Below are positions 37,268 through 49,900 of a stretch of DNA of 64,000 nt, in pieces (position 1 is the stretch's first letter; every line of letters begins with the position of its first letter). The notes under the pieces are model-generated. The model saw nothing but the letters and a program-made list of their open reading frames with translations. It did no database searches and was not told the DNA's origin. Position numbers and translations under genes: made by a program. This DNA is from Squalus acanthias (taxonomy: Eukaryota): contig CM059432.1 of assembly GCA_030390025.1 (NCBI GenBank), positions 131,752,001 through 131,816,000 on the forward strand. Direction: 5' to 3'.

Positions 37268-37516
37268 GTAAGTGAAAGATCTAAGTACTGCTTATGTCAC
37301 TACATGAATTTAGTCGAAATTAATTACTTTTAGATATAGTTGTCTCTATTTGTTGTGGAAGTAATTATTTTCATTATTTAATATGATTATGTACATCAAC
37401 ACAGGTGCTCAGTATATAATAACTGTACTGATAAAAGTCAAGGAGGATTAGGATACTTTGATTTATTAAGTTATTTGGATTTCTCGGGTTGTCCGGAAAA
37501 TTAGCTGTGTTATATA

Positions 37517-37890
37517 ATTGAGGTGTATAAAATTATGAGGAGCCTAGATAGAGTGGATAGGAAGGACCTATTTCCCTTAGCAGAGAGGTCAATAACCAGG
37601 GGGCATAGATTTAAAGTAATTGGTCGGAGGTTGAGAGGGGAGTTGAGGAGAATTTTTTTCACCCAGAGGGTGGTGGGGGTCTGGAACTCACTGCCTGAAA
37701 GGGTGGTAGAGGCAGAAACCCTCATCACATTTCAAAAGTACTTGGATATGCACTTGAAGTGCCGTAACCTACAGGGCTATGGACCAAGAGCTGGAAAGTG
37801 GGATTAGGGTGGCTAGCTCTTTGTCGGCCGGCGCGGACAAGATGAGCCGGATGGCCTCCTTCTGTGCTGTAAATTTCTATGATTCTATGA
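37517..37890 (+). mobile_element. CR1 3' fragment
   Basis: YKIMRSLDRVD...FFTQRVVGVWNSLP; tail (TTCTATGA)n. Confidence 0.9.
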
Positions 37891-38935
37891 TATAGAGCAC
37901 TGATTCAGTTTATTTTAATTTCACCTCTACTTGAAGAAATTTTTTAAAGACTGTGACAGATGTTAACGATTCCTATTAAGCGGGGTTAAACGGTTGTTAA
38001 AATTGGAAGTGATTTTCATTGGGTGGAACGCACTCTCATAACATCCATTTTTTTTAACCTTTTCTATTTCTCACCAATTTTCTTCTCTTCCCCACGAAGC
38101 CTTTGGTTCCATGGGGTTGATATCAATCAAAAGCAGTGGCGGGCTTGCTGGACCAAATGATGTTTTCCTATTCCTGAAGTCTCCTTTGTTTCCTATGAAT
38201 TGTGCCAAGCTTTCCTAAGTGCTGCAGACTAGTTTCTCAAATTAAGTGATTTGGATCCAGGTTTTTGAGTCAGTAGCTTCATGTCTACCTAGGCCAAACC
38301 AACTTAAAAATCTGAAATGGAGCCAATTCACTGAGACCGAGCAGAAGTCTTTTTTTTTGGTGTTTTGCCAGCTCCATATGTAGCGCATTGCAGCTTGTTC
38401 CATACGTTCATCAAAGATGGGAATGGTTATGCTGGTGCTATGCAGCATGTAGGTTAACAATACAAAATAAAAGAAGAAAAGTGTAGGAGAATGTCTTGCC
38501 GGTTTTAGATGCAATACTAATATAAAAATTCACAGTCAAGTTTTATCTTGCCACTTTCAATTTTTCCATCCCTTGGGTAGCCTTGCAAACTCTTGCCAGT
38601 CCCTTTGATGGATTGAAATTGGCTTCCTAACATTTATTCAGGATGGTTTTTTTCTGAACATGGTGAAATTTGAGTATTTTTTTCTTATTCTAGGTGGCTA
38701 TCATAACCATTAGATTCTGTTTCTAATAATGTAATATAAAAGACTGCCTCAAAATAGTTTGACCATATTGTACAGAAAGGTCCATATTCTGTGATCAAGG
38801 AATTGTGCATTCACCTAGGATTCTTTTATAAGCCTGGAAATTCCTGTCAATGTATATGGTTCTGCCAGTGGGAATCTGGGGAGAAGAAGCAGTAAAACTG
38901 GAAATGTGCCTTAACACACTGTTCCCAATCCCTGC

Positions 38936-39645
38936 CCTCTCTCTCTCTCTTAGGCAGTCCCTCGGAACCGAGGATGACTTGCTTCCACGCTAAAAATGAG
39001 TTCACAGATGACTGATGAGTCCAATGCGGGACCTACAGGGCTGGATTTTCATTGACCCGTGGAGGCGGGTTTGGAGGCGTGTGGGGGGTTAAAATTGCGA
39101 AAACTGGCGGGCGGACACAAGCCCGCCTCCATCCCGCCTCCACACAATTTTCATTAAATCGTGTCTGCTGGTCCCAACTCCGTCCCGCCTCTTAGAGGCG
39201 GGATAGGCTGTTAAGGCCCTTAACAAGCACAAAATTGCCTCTATAATGCCATTTTGAAAGGCTTTTGTGATTTTAACCCTTTTTCTACGTGAAGCACGCC
39301 TGTTCTGAACCACGAATGTGAAACCTGACGGAAGCACATTTGGATAGGGCTGGCTGGCTGGCTGGGTGGATAACACGAAAAGTGGATGACACGACCCCAA
39401 CCCACCCCAGTATCAAAATCCAGCCCACAGTCTCTGTCACAGGTGGGGCAGACGGTGGTTGAAGGGGGCGGATGGGTGGGGTGCTTGGGTTGACGTACGC
39501 TCCTTCCGCTGTTTGCGCTTGGCTTCCGCTTGCTCCCGGCGAAGAGACTCGAGGTGTTCTGTGCCTTCCCGGATGCTTCCCCTCCACTTAGAGCGGTCTT
39601 GGGCCAGGGATTCCCAGGTGTCGGAGGGGATGTTGCACTTTTTCA
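38936..39645 (-). mobile_element. RTE 3' fragment interrupted by MITE A
   Basis: Matches 12460-12762. Confidence 0.9.
39038..39426 (-). mobile_element. Harbinger-type MITE family A, copy 2 (internally deleted, inverted)
   Basis: Same TIRs; TSD ACA confirmed by the empty site in the RTE at 12541 (gacctacagtctc). Confidence 0.92.
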
Positions 39646-40029
39646 TGCTCAATACTGCTGTGAATGGGAGGCCGAAACAATTTAATTGAACTGTAGGCTT
39701 TCCATTAGAACAAGGGGTAATTGATTGCACTATGCAGCCATTCAGGTCCCTGCCCCTAACGCTGTGGGCTTCATGAACGTAAATGGAATTTTCACTCTCT
39801 GAATGTCCAGCTGGCCTGCGACTACTAGAACAGAATCATGAAGGTTAATGGCCGGTGTCTTAGGGGGCAATTTTGCCAGCCCTGGGGCGGCAGGTATGGA
39901 GGCAGGACTGTCGGGAAAATGGCAGAATCTGGGGGCGGGTACCCATCCCGCCCCCAACCCGCCTCCCATCTTACATTTATTTTGAAACTATCATTGGTGT
40001 ACTCATTGTTTGATGGGGAAGGTAGAGTG

Positions 40030-40420
40030 CAAGGAATGCTCCTGGGAGACTAAGGTTACTTCCTTCAGTGCTGGTTAATGCCATTTGTGCACCAACTATG
40101 GACCTAAGCAGAACACCTACACAATCAGGCTCCTGCAAATAGCAGAATCATTACTGATTGTACTACTGAAATCTTGAAGTAGGGTTTTGTATGACTGGAC
40201 AGATGAAGGGTGCCTTACAGTACAAACCCCACCCACCCAGATCATTGTTGTGTGCTGCATGCTCCCATAACTTTGCTATACAAAGAGGCCTAACTATTGA
40301 AGGAGTACGATGGTCATCCGCAATCAAGGCTAGACCAGGACACAGACACCTACAGTGAGGAAGTAGCTGCAGAAACACTAGTGCAGCTTGGACAATTGGT
40401 GTACAGAACCCTACTATTCA
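40030..40420 (+). mobile_element. Degenerate Harbinger transposase C-terminal fragment
   Basis: Decayed LLGD.GY, GALQY.P and VCCML.NFAI.RG motifs, parallel to 51750-52000. Confidence 0.6.
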
Positions 40421-42573
40421 CTTGTACCAAAGAAGCTGAAACAGAACAGCTTATGCCACACTGCCCTCAGCATTTCCTCCACCACCATCAATGTCCATAT
40501 TTTGGTGTTAATTACTCTGAACAATCACAAAGATAATCTCGGCAGAATACATACATTTGGGGGATGAGCTGGGGGTGGCGGGGGGTGGGGGGGGGGGTGG
40601 TGGTTGTGGGGAGAGCCCCGCAGAAATTCACCCTCATTGAGTATATAAAATGAAAAAACTGAATGACGTATCAACAATGTCAGTATCTTTTGCCATGGTA
40701 CTGCCCCTGTTCTGTTTCAGAGTGTGGCAGTTAACATACCATTTCTTCTATATGATTCTCTAGTGTAAGAAACAAGTATGTTGGCAGGCTGCAAGCTTTC
40801 ATTGACCTGCCGAGACTTTGGTGACCCTAGACCTCCCTGGGCTGTGCATTGCCAGGGCTCTGCATATGAGTCAACCAGATCCTGACTGGTGTTGCCGGCT
40901 TTAAGCTACCTCCCTCCAATGCCTGGCACTTTTCAGGGATGGTCATCAGTACCTTTAAATAATGCTTTCTCTACCCGAGTCCTTTCATAAGAGCTTGCAG
41001 CTGCTGGCCAGTCAAACTGGCTTTTCTCGCTCATTAGTGCCCAAATCTACAGCAATTTTGATGAGCAATCAGCAATCTTTTCCTTCCTTGTGCTATTTCA
41101 GATGCTTAACTGCTTTCTAATTGCAGCTGATTTTAGAAGATTTAATGCTGCTCCCTTCATATTGGTTGGCCCACGCTGAGGGCCAGAATTTCCTGTTTTG
41201 TTCACAGACTAGAGGCAGCAATATCGTGGCTGAACCAGCAGGAGTACATTCTCTTAGAAACTTTTGGTAGCCTACAATTTAGCTATGAATTGCGTATCAA
41301 CAGCAATTTCCAAGCTAGCTCTCAACATGGCTTAGGATGTTGAAGTTGTCAAAATCTTAAAAATCAGTGTAAAGATCACAATTGCATCCTCTTTATAAAT
41401 AAATAATGTTATTTCTCTTCATCATAAAGTCCCATAAGCAAGTGATACATATTGGATCTTGAATTGGATTTCCAGTGGAAGAGACCAAGATAACGATGCA
41501 AGGTTCCGTTCATGGAAAAGGGTGATTGAAAACACAATTGTGACTGAGACAATAATTGTCTAAAAATTAATTATTTAAATGTATGGAAATGAGGTGTTAC
41601 ACTATAAATGTTAGATATGTTATGATTATATTTAACACTCAATAAGAACCAGGCTGAGTCTGTCTAAACTCTGGACTGTGGTTGAATCCAGACTAGAGTA
41701 GTGAGTCAACAATTCTCTCCACTGTGCTGGCTGTAAGGGTCCTAAGTGAGTTTTGACAGACTCAGCCTGGTTCTTGTTGAGTGTGAGTCCATGAACAAAC
41801 TGCCCAGAATTCAGCCCTACCTGCCTGGCCTAAGTCAGGTTGCACAAATGCCTTGAGTGGGAAATGGAAATGCCAAAGTGGTGTGGCAGGGAATGCCGTT
41901 ATGAAGTTGATGTTTAATCATGTTGTTGAAAGGGGTTATAGCCTACGTCTAAACACATACTCATAGAAGAATCATAGAATGGTTACAGTACAGAAGGAGG
42001 CCATTCGGTCCATCGAGCCTGTGCCGGCTCTCTGCAAGAGCACTTCAGCTAGTCCCACTCTCCCACCCTTTCCCCGTAGCTCTGCAATTTTTTTTCCTTC
42101 TGGTACTTATCCAATTTCCTTTTGAAAGCCACAATTGAATCTGCCTCCACAACCTTTCAGGCAGTGAATTCCAGATGCTAACCACACGCTGCGTAAGAAA
42201 GTTTTTCCTCATGTCGCCTTTGGTTCTTCTGCCAATCACCTTAAATCTGTGTCCTCTGGTTCTCGACCCTTCTGCCAATGGGAACGGTTTCTCTCTATCT
42301 ACTCTGTCCAGACCCCTCATGATTTTGAACACCTGTCAAATCTCTGCTCAAACTTCTCTGCTCTCAGGAGAACAACCCCAGCTTCTACAGTCTATCCATG
42401 TAACTGAAGTCCCTCATCCCTGGAACCATTCTTGTAAATATTTTCTGCACCCTCTCTAAGTCCTTCACATCCTTCCTAAAGTGTGGTGCCCAGTATTGGA
42501 CACAATACTCCAGTTGAGGCCGAACCAGTGTTTTATAAAGGTTCATCATAACTTCCTTGCTTTTGTACTCCAT

Positions 42574-43262
42574 GGGCTGGATTTTGATACTGGGGCGGGT
42601 TGGGGTCGTGTCATCCACTTTTTGTGTTATCCACCCGACTGCAATTGGATGTGGGAGATTGATGCAATTTTCACCTAATTGGGCAATTGAGTTCCAGCAT
42701 GTGGGAACCCATGAGCCAATTAGTGTTTTCAGTCTGAAAGTCGCCTCTGATGATGTCATCATTGCTGCTGCATTGAAGGTCTTCAAACACTGCCTGGCCT
42801 TTGCTGTGAGAGGACTTGCAAAATGAGCAGCAGCAGTCCTAAGTCTGCGCCCAGATATTTTTACACCACCACTCCCAGATATGTCTCCTCTCCATCCATC
42901 CATATATACATCCATCCCCATATGCATCCCCATAGCCAGCCTGCCTGCCTGCCTCAACTATCCATATCCAAATGTGCTCCCACCAGGTTTCACAATCGTG
43001 GTTCAGAACAGGCGTGCTTCACGTATAACAAGGATTAAAATCACAAAGGCCTTTCAAAATGGCATTATAGAGCCAATTTAGTGCTTGTTAAGGGCCTTAA
43101 CAACCTATCCCGCCTCTTAAAGGCGGGATGGAGTCGGGACCAGCAGACACGATTTAATGAAAATTGTGTGGAGGTGGACTTGTGCCCACCCGCCAGTTTT
43201 CGCAATTTTAACCCCCCACACGCCTCCAAACCCGCCTCCACGGGTCAATGAAAATCCAGCCC
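42574..43262 (+). mobile_element. Harbinger-type MITE family A, copy 3
   Basis: Same TIRs; TSD CAT/TAT; inserted in CR1 ORF2. Confidence 0.92.
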
Positions 43263-44417
43263 TATGCCTCTATTTATGAAGCTCAGGATCCCGTAAGCTT
43301 TTTTAACCGCTTTCTCAACCTGCACTGCCACCTTCAACGATTTGTACACATATAGCCCCAGGTCTCTCTGTTCATGCACCCACTTTAGAATTATACCCTT
43401 TAGTTTATATTGCCTCTCCTCGATCTTCCTACCAAAATGTATCACTTTGCACTTTTCTGCGTTAAATTTCATCTGCCACGTGTCCACCCATTCCACCAGC
43501 CTGTCTGTCTTCTTGAAGTCTATCACTATCCTCCTCACTGTTCACTATACTTCCAAGTTTTGTGTCATCTGCAAATTTTGAAATTGTGCCCTGTACACCC
43601 AAGTCTAAGTCATTAATATATATCAAGAAAAGCAGTGGTCCTAGTACCGACCCCTGGGGAACACCACTGTGTACCTTCCTCCAGTCCGAAAAACAACCGT
43701 TCACCACTACCCTCTGTTTCCTGTCACTTAACCAATTTCATATCCATGCTACCACTGTTCCATGGGCATCGACTTTGCTGGCAAGCCTATTATCAAACAC
43801 CTTTTGGAATTCCATGTACACCACATCAGCTGTATTGCCCTCATCAACCCTCTCTGTTACCTCATCAAAAAACTCAATCAAGTTAGTTAAACATGATTTG
43901 CCTTTAACAAATCCGTGCTGGCTTTCCTTAATTAATCTACACTTGTCCAAGTGACTGTTAATTTTGTCCCGGATTATCGTTTCTAAAAGCTTCCCCACTA
44001 CCGAGGTTAAACTGACTGGCCTGTAGTTGCTGGGTTTATCCTTACAACCTTTTTTGAACAAGGGTGCAACATTTGCAATTCTCCAGTCCTCTGGCAACAC
44101 CCCCGTATCCAAGGAGGATTGGAAGATTATGGCCAGCACCTCCTCAATTTCCACTTTTACTTCCCTCAGCATCTGAGGATGCATCCCATCCAGTCCTGGT
44201 GACTTATCTACTTTAAGTACAGCCAGTCTTTCTAGTACCTCCTCTTTATCAATTTTGATCCCATCCAGTATCTCAACTACCTCCTCTTTCACTATGACTT
44301 TGGCAGCATCTTCTTCCTTGGTAAAGACAGATGCAAAGTACTCATTTAGTACCTCAGCCATGCCCTCTGCCTCCATGCGTAGGTCTTCATTTTGGTCCCA
44401 ATCAGTCCCTAATCCCT

Positions 44418-45100
44418 AAGGTTGTGAGGGTGAAGTGAAGCTATGATTGTGAGATGTGAGTGGTGATAGGTAGAGATTGTTGGTAGGTGAGTGCTGCAGG
44501 TCTGGTGCATTGAGTAGTGTGTGAGTCTTGTGGTGCAAATGGTGGGATATGGCATTTGCTGAAGCCTTCACTCACCTTGACTTGCTGTGTGAGGTCATGA
44601 AACTTCCTTTGGTACTGGCTTTCTGACCTGGGGACCACAGTGCTGGCCATCACATAGTCGGCTATCTTTTGCCAGAGCCTTCACGAGGTGTGCGGCGAGG
44701 GCTTCCTGCCAGTGTGTGGGTAGAGGACAGCCCGCCTCCTCTCCACGGCGATGACCAGTGCCTCAAGAGTCACGTCGGAGAATCTGCGGGCTCTCTCCCT
44801 GTGCTGAGGCTCCGCCAGGTGTTTGCACTGCTGTCTTCTTCCAGCTGAATTTGTGAGTGGCTTGACAATGAGGTGCTGTAGCATCAATGCACTTCCTCTT
44901 TAAGTACTGAATAAAGCCTGTGCAAAACATGACTGGGATTTATACCGGACCCGATATTGGCCCACCTGTTGAGGGTTAAGCCAATGAGCAGTGGTTTTAG
45001 CACTGAAATCAAGACTACAATCATGTTAATGAGGACTGAGCACGAATTTTGCGTGCTACCTCGACCATTTTGACCCGGTGCAGCTCAACATCGTTATAGC
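44418..45100 (-). mobile_element. Harbinger Myb/SANT-gene exon 1 fragment
   Basis: RERARRFSDVTLEALVIAVERRRAVLYP and RKFHDLTQQVK|gtgagt; homologous to 53840-54420. Confidence 0.8.
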
Positions 45101-46389
45101 ATACATAAATTGACACCTTTTCCTCTTTTTTAAATTCAGCTTTAACAAAAATGACTCTTTGTTGTAGCAATAATACTACAAGATGTGTGTGAAGTGCCTC
45201 AATAAGAAAGGTACTGAAAGTTTTTCAATATAATGTATTAGTTTTTCTTTCTTTTACAAAGCTGTTCAAGGGTTTTTTTTTTCACTCACATGCTCAAAAA
45301 TAAAAGGAAGCCACCACTGGTTATGTTTACTACTTTTAGAAACTGGGGTGCGAATCTCACCAGTTTTTATTTTAATGGCAGTGAAGAAATGCTAATTATT
45401 TAAAGTCTCCATTTTGGTCCCTAATCGGCCTCACCCCTCCTCTTACTACCGTTTACTATTTATATGCCTATAGAAGGCTTTTGGATTCCCTTTTATGTTT
45501 GCTGCCAATCTATTCTCATACTCTCTCTTTGCCCGTCTTATTTCTTTTTTCACTTCCCCTCTGAACTTTCTATATTCAGCCTGGTTCTCACTTGTATTCT
45601 CAACCTGACATCTGTCATACGCCCCCTTTTTCTGCTTCATCTTACTCTCTATCTCTTTCGTCATCCAGGGAGCTCTGGCTTTAGTTGCCCTACCTTTCCC
45701 CCTCGTCGGAATGTACCTCGACTGTACCCGAACCATCTCCTCTTTAAAGGCAGCCCATTGCTCGATTACAGTTTTGTCTGCCAATCTTTGATTCCAATTT
45801 ACCCGGGCCAGATCCATTCTTAAGCCACTGAAATTGGCCTTCCTCCAATTAAGTATTTTTACTCTAGATTGCTCCCTGTCCTTTTCCATAGCTAGTTTAA
45901 ACCTTATGATACTGTGATCACTGTTCCCTAAATGTTCCCCTCCTGACACTTGCTCTACTTGACCCACCTCATTCCCCAGAACCAGATCCAGCATTGCCTC
46001 CTTCCTCGTTGGGCCAGAAACGTACTGATCAAGAAAGTTCTCCTGAACACACTTCAGAAATTCTTCCCCCTCTCTGCCCTTTACATTATTACTATCCCAG
46101 TCTATATTAGGATAGTTGAAGTCCCCCATTATCACTGCTCTATAGTTCTTCTACCTCTCTGTAATTTCCCTACAAATTTGCTCCTCTATATCCTTCCCAC
46201 TAGTTGGCGGCCTATAGAATACACCTAGATTTGTAATGGCACTTCTATTGTTTCTCAACTCTAACCAAATAGATTCTGTTCTTGACCCCTCCAGGACATC
46301 CTCTCTCTCTCCCGCACTGTAATATTCTCCTTAATCAATACTGCCACCCCACCTCCTTTCTTTTCTTCCCTATCTTTCCTGAACATCTT

Positions 46390-47155
46390 GGGGGAAAAAT
46401 TGGGTCGCGCCCCATTTGGGGCCATAACTTTGCCGGGGCGCTACTTTTAGCACCCTGAAAAAATTACCACCCCGCGCCGGAAATTCACCGGTAGCGCCCC
46501 AAGAGGGAGGCGGGGCGTTACTGGAAGTGCCCCGCCCCTTTCTTGGGGCGCTGCGAGTGTATATTGCGGCACTACATGCCGCAGCGCCACACCCGTGGCG
46601 CCGCGGTACTGCAGCCCTTCCTCCCCTTATTAACGGGGAGGGGCCTTGCGCAGCGCGACCTGGGTCCCAGCTGGGCCACCAGGGATCAGAGTGCTGGCAA
46701 AAGAGCCCGGCACTCAAGAGAAGTGCCAGGCTCACGGAGTGCAGCCAGCACCCCGCGGGGGGGGGGGGCGTCTGCAGAGGAGGCCGGGAAAGCAGAGGGG
46801 GAAGGTGCTGGCAGGTGGCCAGCAACAAAAATGGCCGCCCGGCACCTCCCCTTTAATTTGAGCCACCCCAGCCGCAGGTAGGCCCCCCTGACCCTGTTGG
46901 ACATAGCGTCCGGAGTTAAGTCAGGCACTACCGAAGATCGCGGCCGGGGCACGAGCGGGCCGCTGTGCACGGCGATGACGTAATCGCTGGCGGCGCAGCG
47001 CCGTGGGCACTAACGGTTACTGCCGTCGCTAACCTCCTGCTGAATTTCGCGGGAGGTGTTGGCGGCGCCGTGCCCAAGCGCTAGTTGCTTTGCGCCCCGT
47101 TAGCGCCCTCTTAGGGCACTAACGGGAGGCGCAAATTAACCAAATTTTTAGGCCC
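46390..47155. mobile_element. GC-rich Harbinger-type MITE family B
   Basis: Homologous ends and sub-termini to 54436-55318; CR1 EN sequence resumes on both sides. Confidence 0.8.
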
Positions 47156-48441
47156 TATATCCAGGAATATTTAGTACCCAATCCTGCCCTTTTTTGAGCC
47201 AGGTCTCCGTTATCGCCACGACATCATATTCTGATGTGTCTATTTGCGCCTGCAGCTCACCAACCTTATTTACCACCCTTCGTGCATTCACACACATGCA
47301 CTGTAAACTTATCTTAGACCTTGTATTCTCTCTTAGTCTGACCCCACCTAATAGCGTACTATTTCTTACTCTAGTGCTATCTGTCTCTCCCCATCCTTTG
47401 TGCACCTTGTTTCTCCTTTCTAATGCTGCATCCTGGTGCCCATCCCCCTGCCAAATTAGTTTAAACCCTCCCCAACAGCACTAGCAAATCCCCGCCCCCC
47501 CCCCCCCCCCCCCCCCCCCCCGCCCCCGGCGAGGACATTAGTCCCAGCTCTGTTGAGGTGCAACCCGTCTGGCCTGTACAGGTCCCACTTCCCCCAGAAC
47601 CGGTCCCAATGTCCCAGGAATCTAAAGCCCTCCCTCCTTCACCATCTCCCCAGCCACACATTCATCTGCTCTATCCTCCTATCTCTATACTCACTAGCTC
47701 GTGGCACCGGGAGTAATCCAGAGATTACTACCTTTGAGGTCCTGCTTTTTAATCTCTTTCCTAGCTCCCTAAAATCTGCCTGCAGGACCTCATCCCTCTT
47801 TCTACCTATGTCGTTGGTACCGATATGGACCATGACCTCTGGCTGTTCACCCTCCCCCCTCAGAGTGTCCTGCAGCCGCTCAGTGACATCCTTGAGCCTG
47901 GCACCAGGGAGGCAACATACCATCCTGGAGTCACGTCTGCGGCCGCAGAAACGCCCGTCTGTCCCCCCTAACTATCAAATCTCCTATCACTATTGCTTTC
48001 CCGATCTTCCTCCTCCCCCTCCCTGTACAGCTGAGCCACCCATGGTGCCATGGACTTGGCTCTGGCTGTACTCCCCAGAGGAACCATCGCTCTCACCGGA
48101 ATTCAGTACTCGATTTGATTTGGGGGTGGATCAGGGTGCAAAAACTGGAAAAATGTTCCATTCTCCAAAACCAAAATATCCTTCAGCCAGGTAAGTACAC
48201 ACTTTCTCCTCCTGCAAACAATTAGCATGAATTAACCATATAAATGTAATCATAACATATCTAACATTTATCGTGTATAACACCTAATTTTCATACATTT
48301 AAATAACTAATAATGTGAAATAATGTTTGCCATTATCAACTTGTCATTGCATTGAGCTGGTCCACACAAACCATTTTCAACAGTGAGTCTGTTTACTTGT
48401 TCTCTTCATGACCGATGTTTTCTTTAATTTTTATTAAATAG

Positions 48442-48519
48442 ATAGAAATACAGAAGCTTAGACTCTACTGTGACCCACAGCAAAGTGATCGGGAGACTGC
48501 CTGTGAAATCCCTTCTGTG
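48442..48519 (+). CDS. col21a1: COL21A1-like exon: end of TSPN (IEIQKLRLYCDPQQSDRETACEIPSV)
   Basis: Acceptor attaaatag, donor GTG|GTGAGT; 78 nt; conserved YCDP...ETACEIP. Confidence 0.92.
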
Positions 48520-49479
48520 GTGAGTAAATCAGAGCATTTTAGTTCTAAGCTTGGCAAACTGCTTTAATTTACACCTAACGGTTTTTATACCGAAATTATT
48601 GCTGGAATATTTGACTGTAATAATTTTTCAGCAACTTTATAAATAATTTTTGAATAAAAAGAGAGAGAGCTACATTAAATGTACGATGAAGTGATCCAGC
48701 TGTTTCGTGTTCTGCTTAGAAAATGCTAGGCAGAGATCATGTCGATAAGATAGGAGTCTCGAGTCTGTTTGCTACAATAGCAGATGAACACTCACTCTGT
48801 TCGTTCGGCATTCCTCTACTGATGTTTTTCACAGGCTTTAACCTATCTAACTCATCTGCTAAAATAACAGGAGCAATGTTATTAAATAACCGTAACTTTG
48901 GAAAAAACAAAGAAATTGAAGACAAATTGTGCAGCCATGGCAATACAAATGACTAATGTTAAGTGATTTACATTTCTCCGTTAAACTTCCCCACTGCCTG
49001 CCCTGTTCTTTGTTCACCAACCTAATTGCCACAACTGAACTTTTCTCACGGAATAGTGCTGACTTTACTCGCCTCCATCATTCAATATTTGCACTATTTA
49101 AAAGCCTTGTCCACTCGCCAGGATAATTTGTTTTGCTACTTATTTGTGTCATATGGGTGGATCTCCTTTGCAGACTTAATAATTTTGTCATGTGAATGAT
49201 CGGCAGAAAAAGAGGAAAGGAGCAAAGAATGGGTGTGCACCACACAGAGAGGGGAGGGAGATAGAGACGGCAACACTTTGGGACTTTCTTTGGCGGATGT
49301 ACACAGTTGACTACTGCAGCAGGTGCCAGCAATGCTTTACACACCTGGAGCTGCAGCTGACACAGTCCCGCCGACCTCTCTCTCACCCACAGCTAAAGCA
49401 GAGCATCTTCCCAGCAGCTCCATTTCCTGCTTCTCATAAGCCGCGAACTGCCTGATGTCAAGGATTATCCTGGTGGCCT

Positions 49480-49900
49480 GCCTCTCCCAGACATTGAGTT
49501 CTTTTTTTTTTCTCTCCTAGAAACAACAGTGACAACATTATTATCGTGCTTGCCCTTTTCAGGTGGTTGAACTTTTTCCAGATCTGGTCTGTAGCCCCGG
49601 GAGTCAGAGTGAGCACCACTGCCACCTCCCTCCACACAGCGCTGGCTACTCCTTTGACTGGTTTCCTCCCGTGTGCCCCCAACAATATTCTCATTTGCTC
49701 CATCGGTTCTGCTTGGTCAGCAACAGAGACGGTGTGAGCTCTGTGTTTTGGTGGTTTTGGTGCCAGGGAATTGGGTGGACCTGCTGACAGTTGTGCTGAA
49801 GAGGTTGCCATGAAGTCACTGGACATCTGGAAAAGCTGCTGCCTTTTCTGAATATCTTTGTGCGGTAGCACACAAAAAAAAACTTCAAGTATTCAAAGGA
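49480..49900 (-). mobile_element. Degenerate Harbinger Myb/SANT fragment
   Basis: AVWREVAVVL...QIWKKFNHLKR in ORF 49458-49871. Confidence 0.6.

Larger units (their letters stand above)
41961..48105 (-). mobile_element. Near full-length CR1 LINE (ORF1 SGNH-esterase fragment, ORF2 EN+RT) with three internal insertions
   Basis: VCCLPGAR..HIGTNDIG (47639-47923), [33 protein letters not shown]; 3' tail at 41961. Confidence 0.92.

Noticed and set aside
46370..47155. CpG-island-like region with overlapping ORFs
   Set aside because: It is a GC-rich MITE with a homologue at 54436-55318, not a promoter or gene
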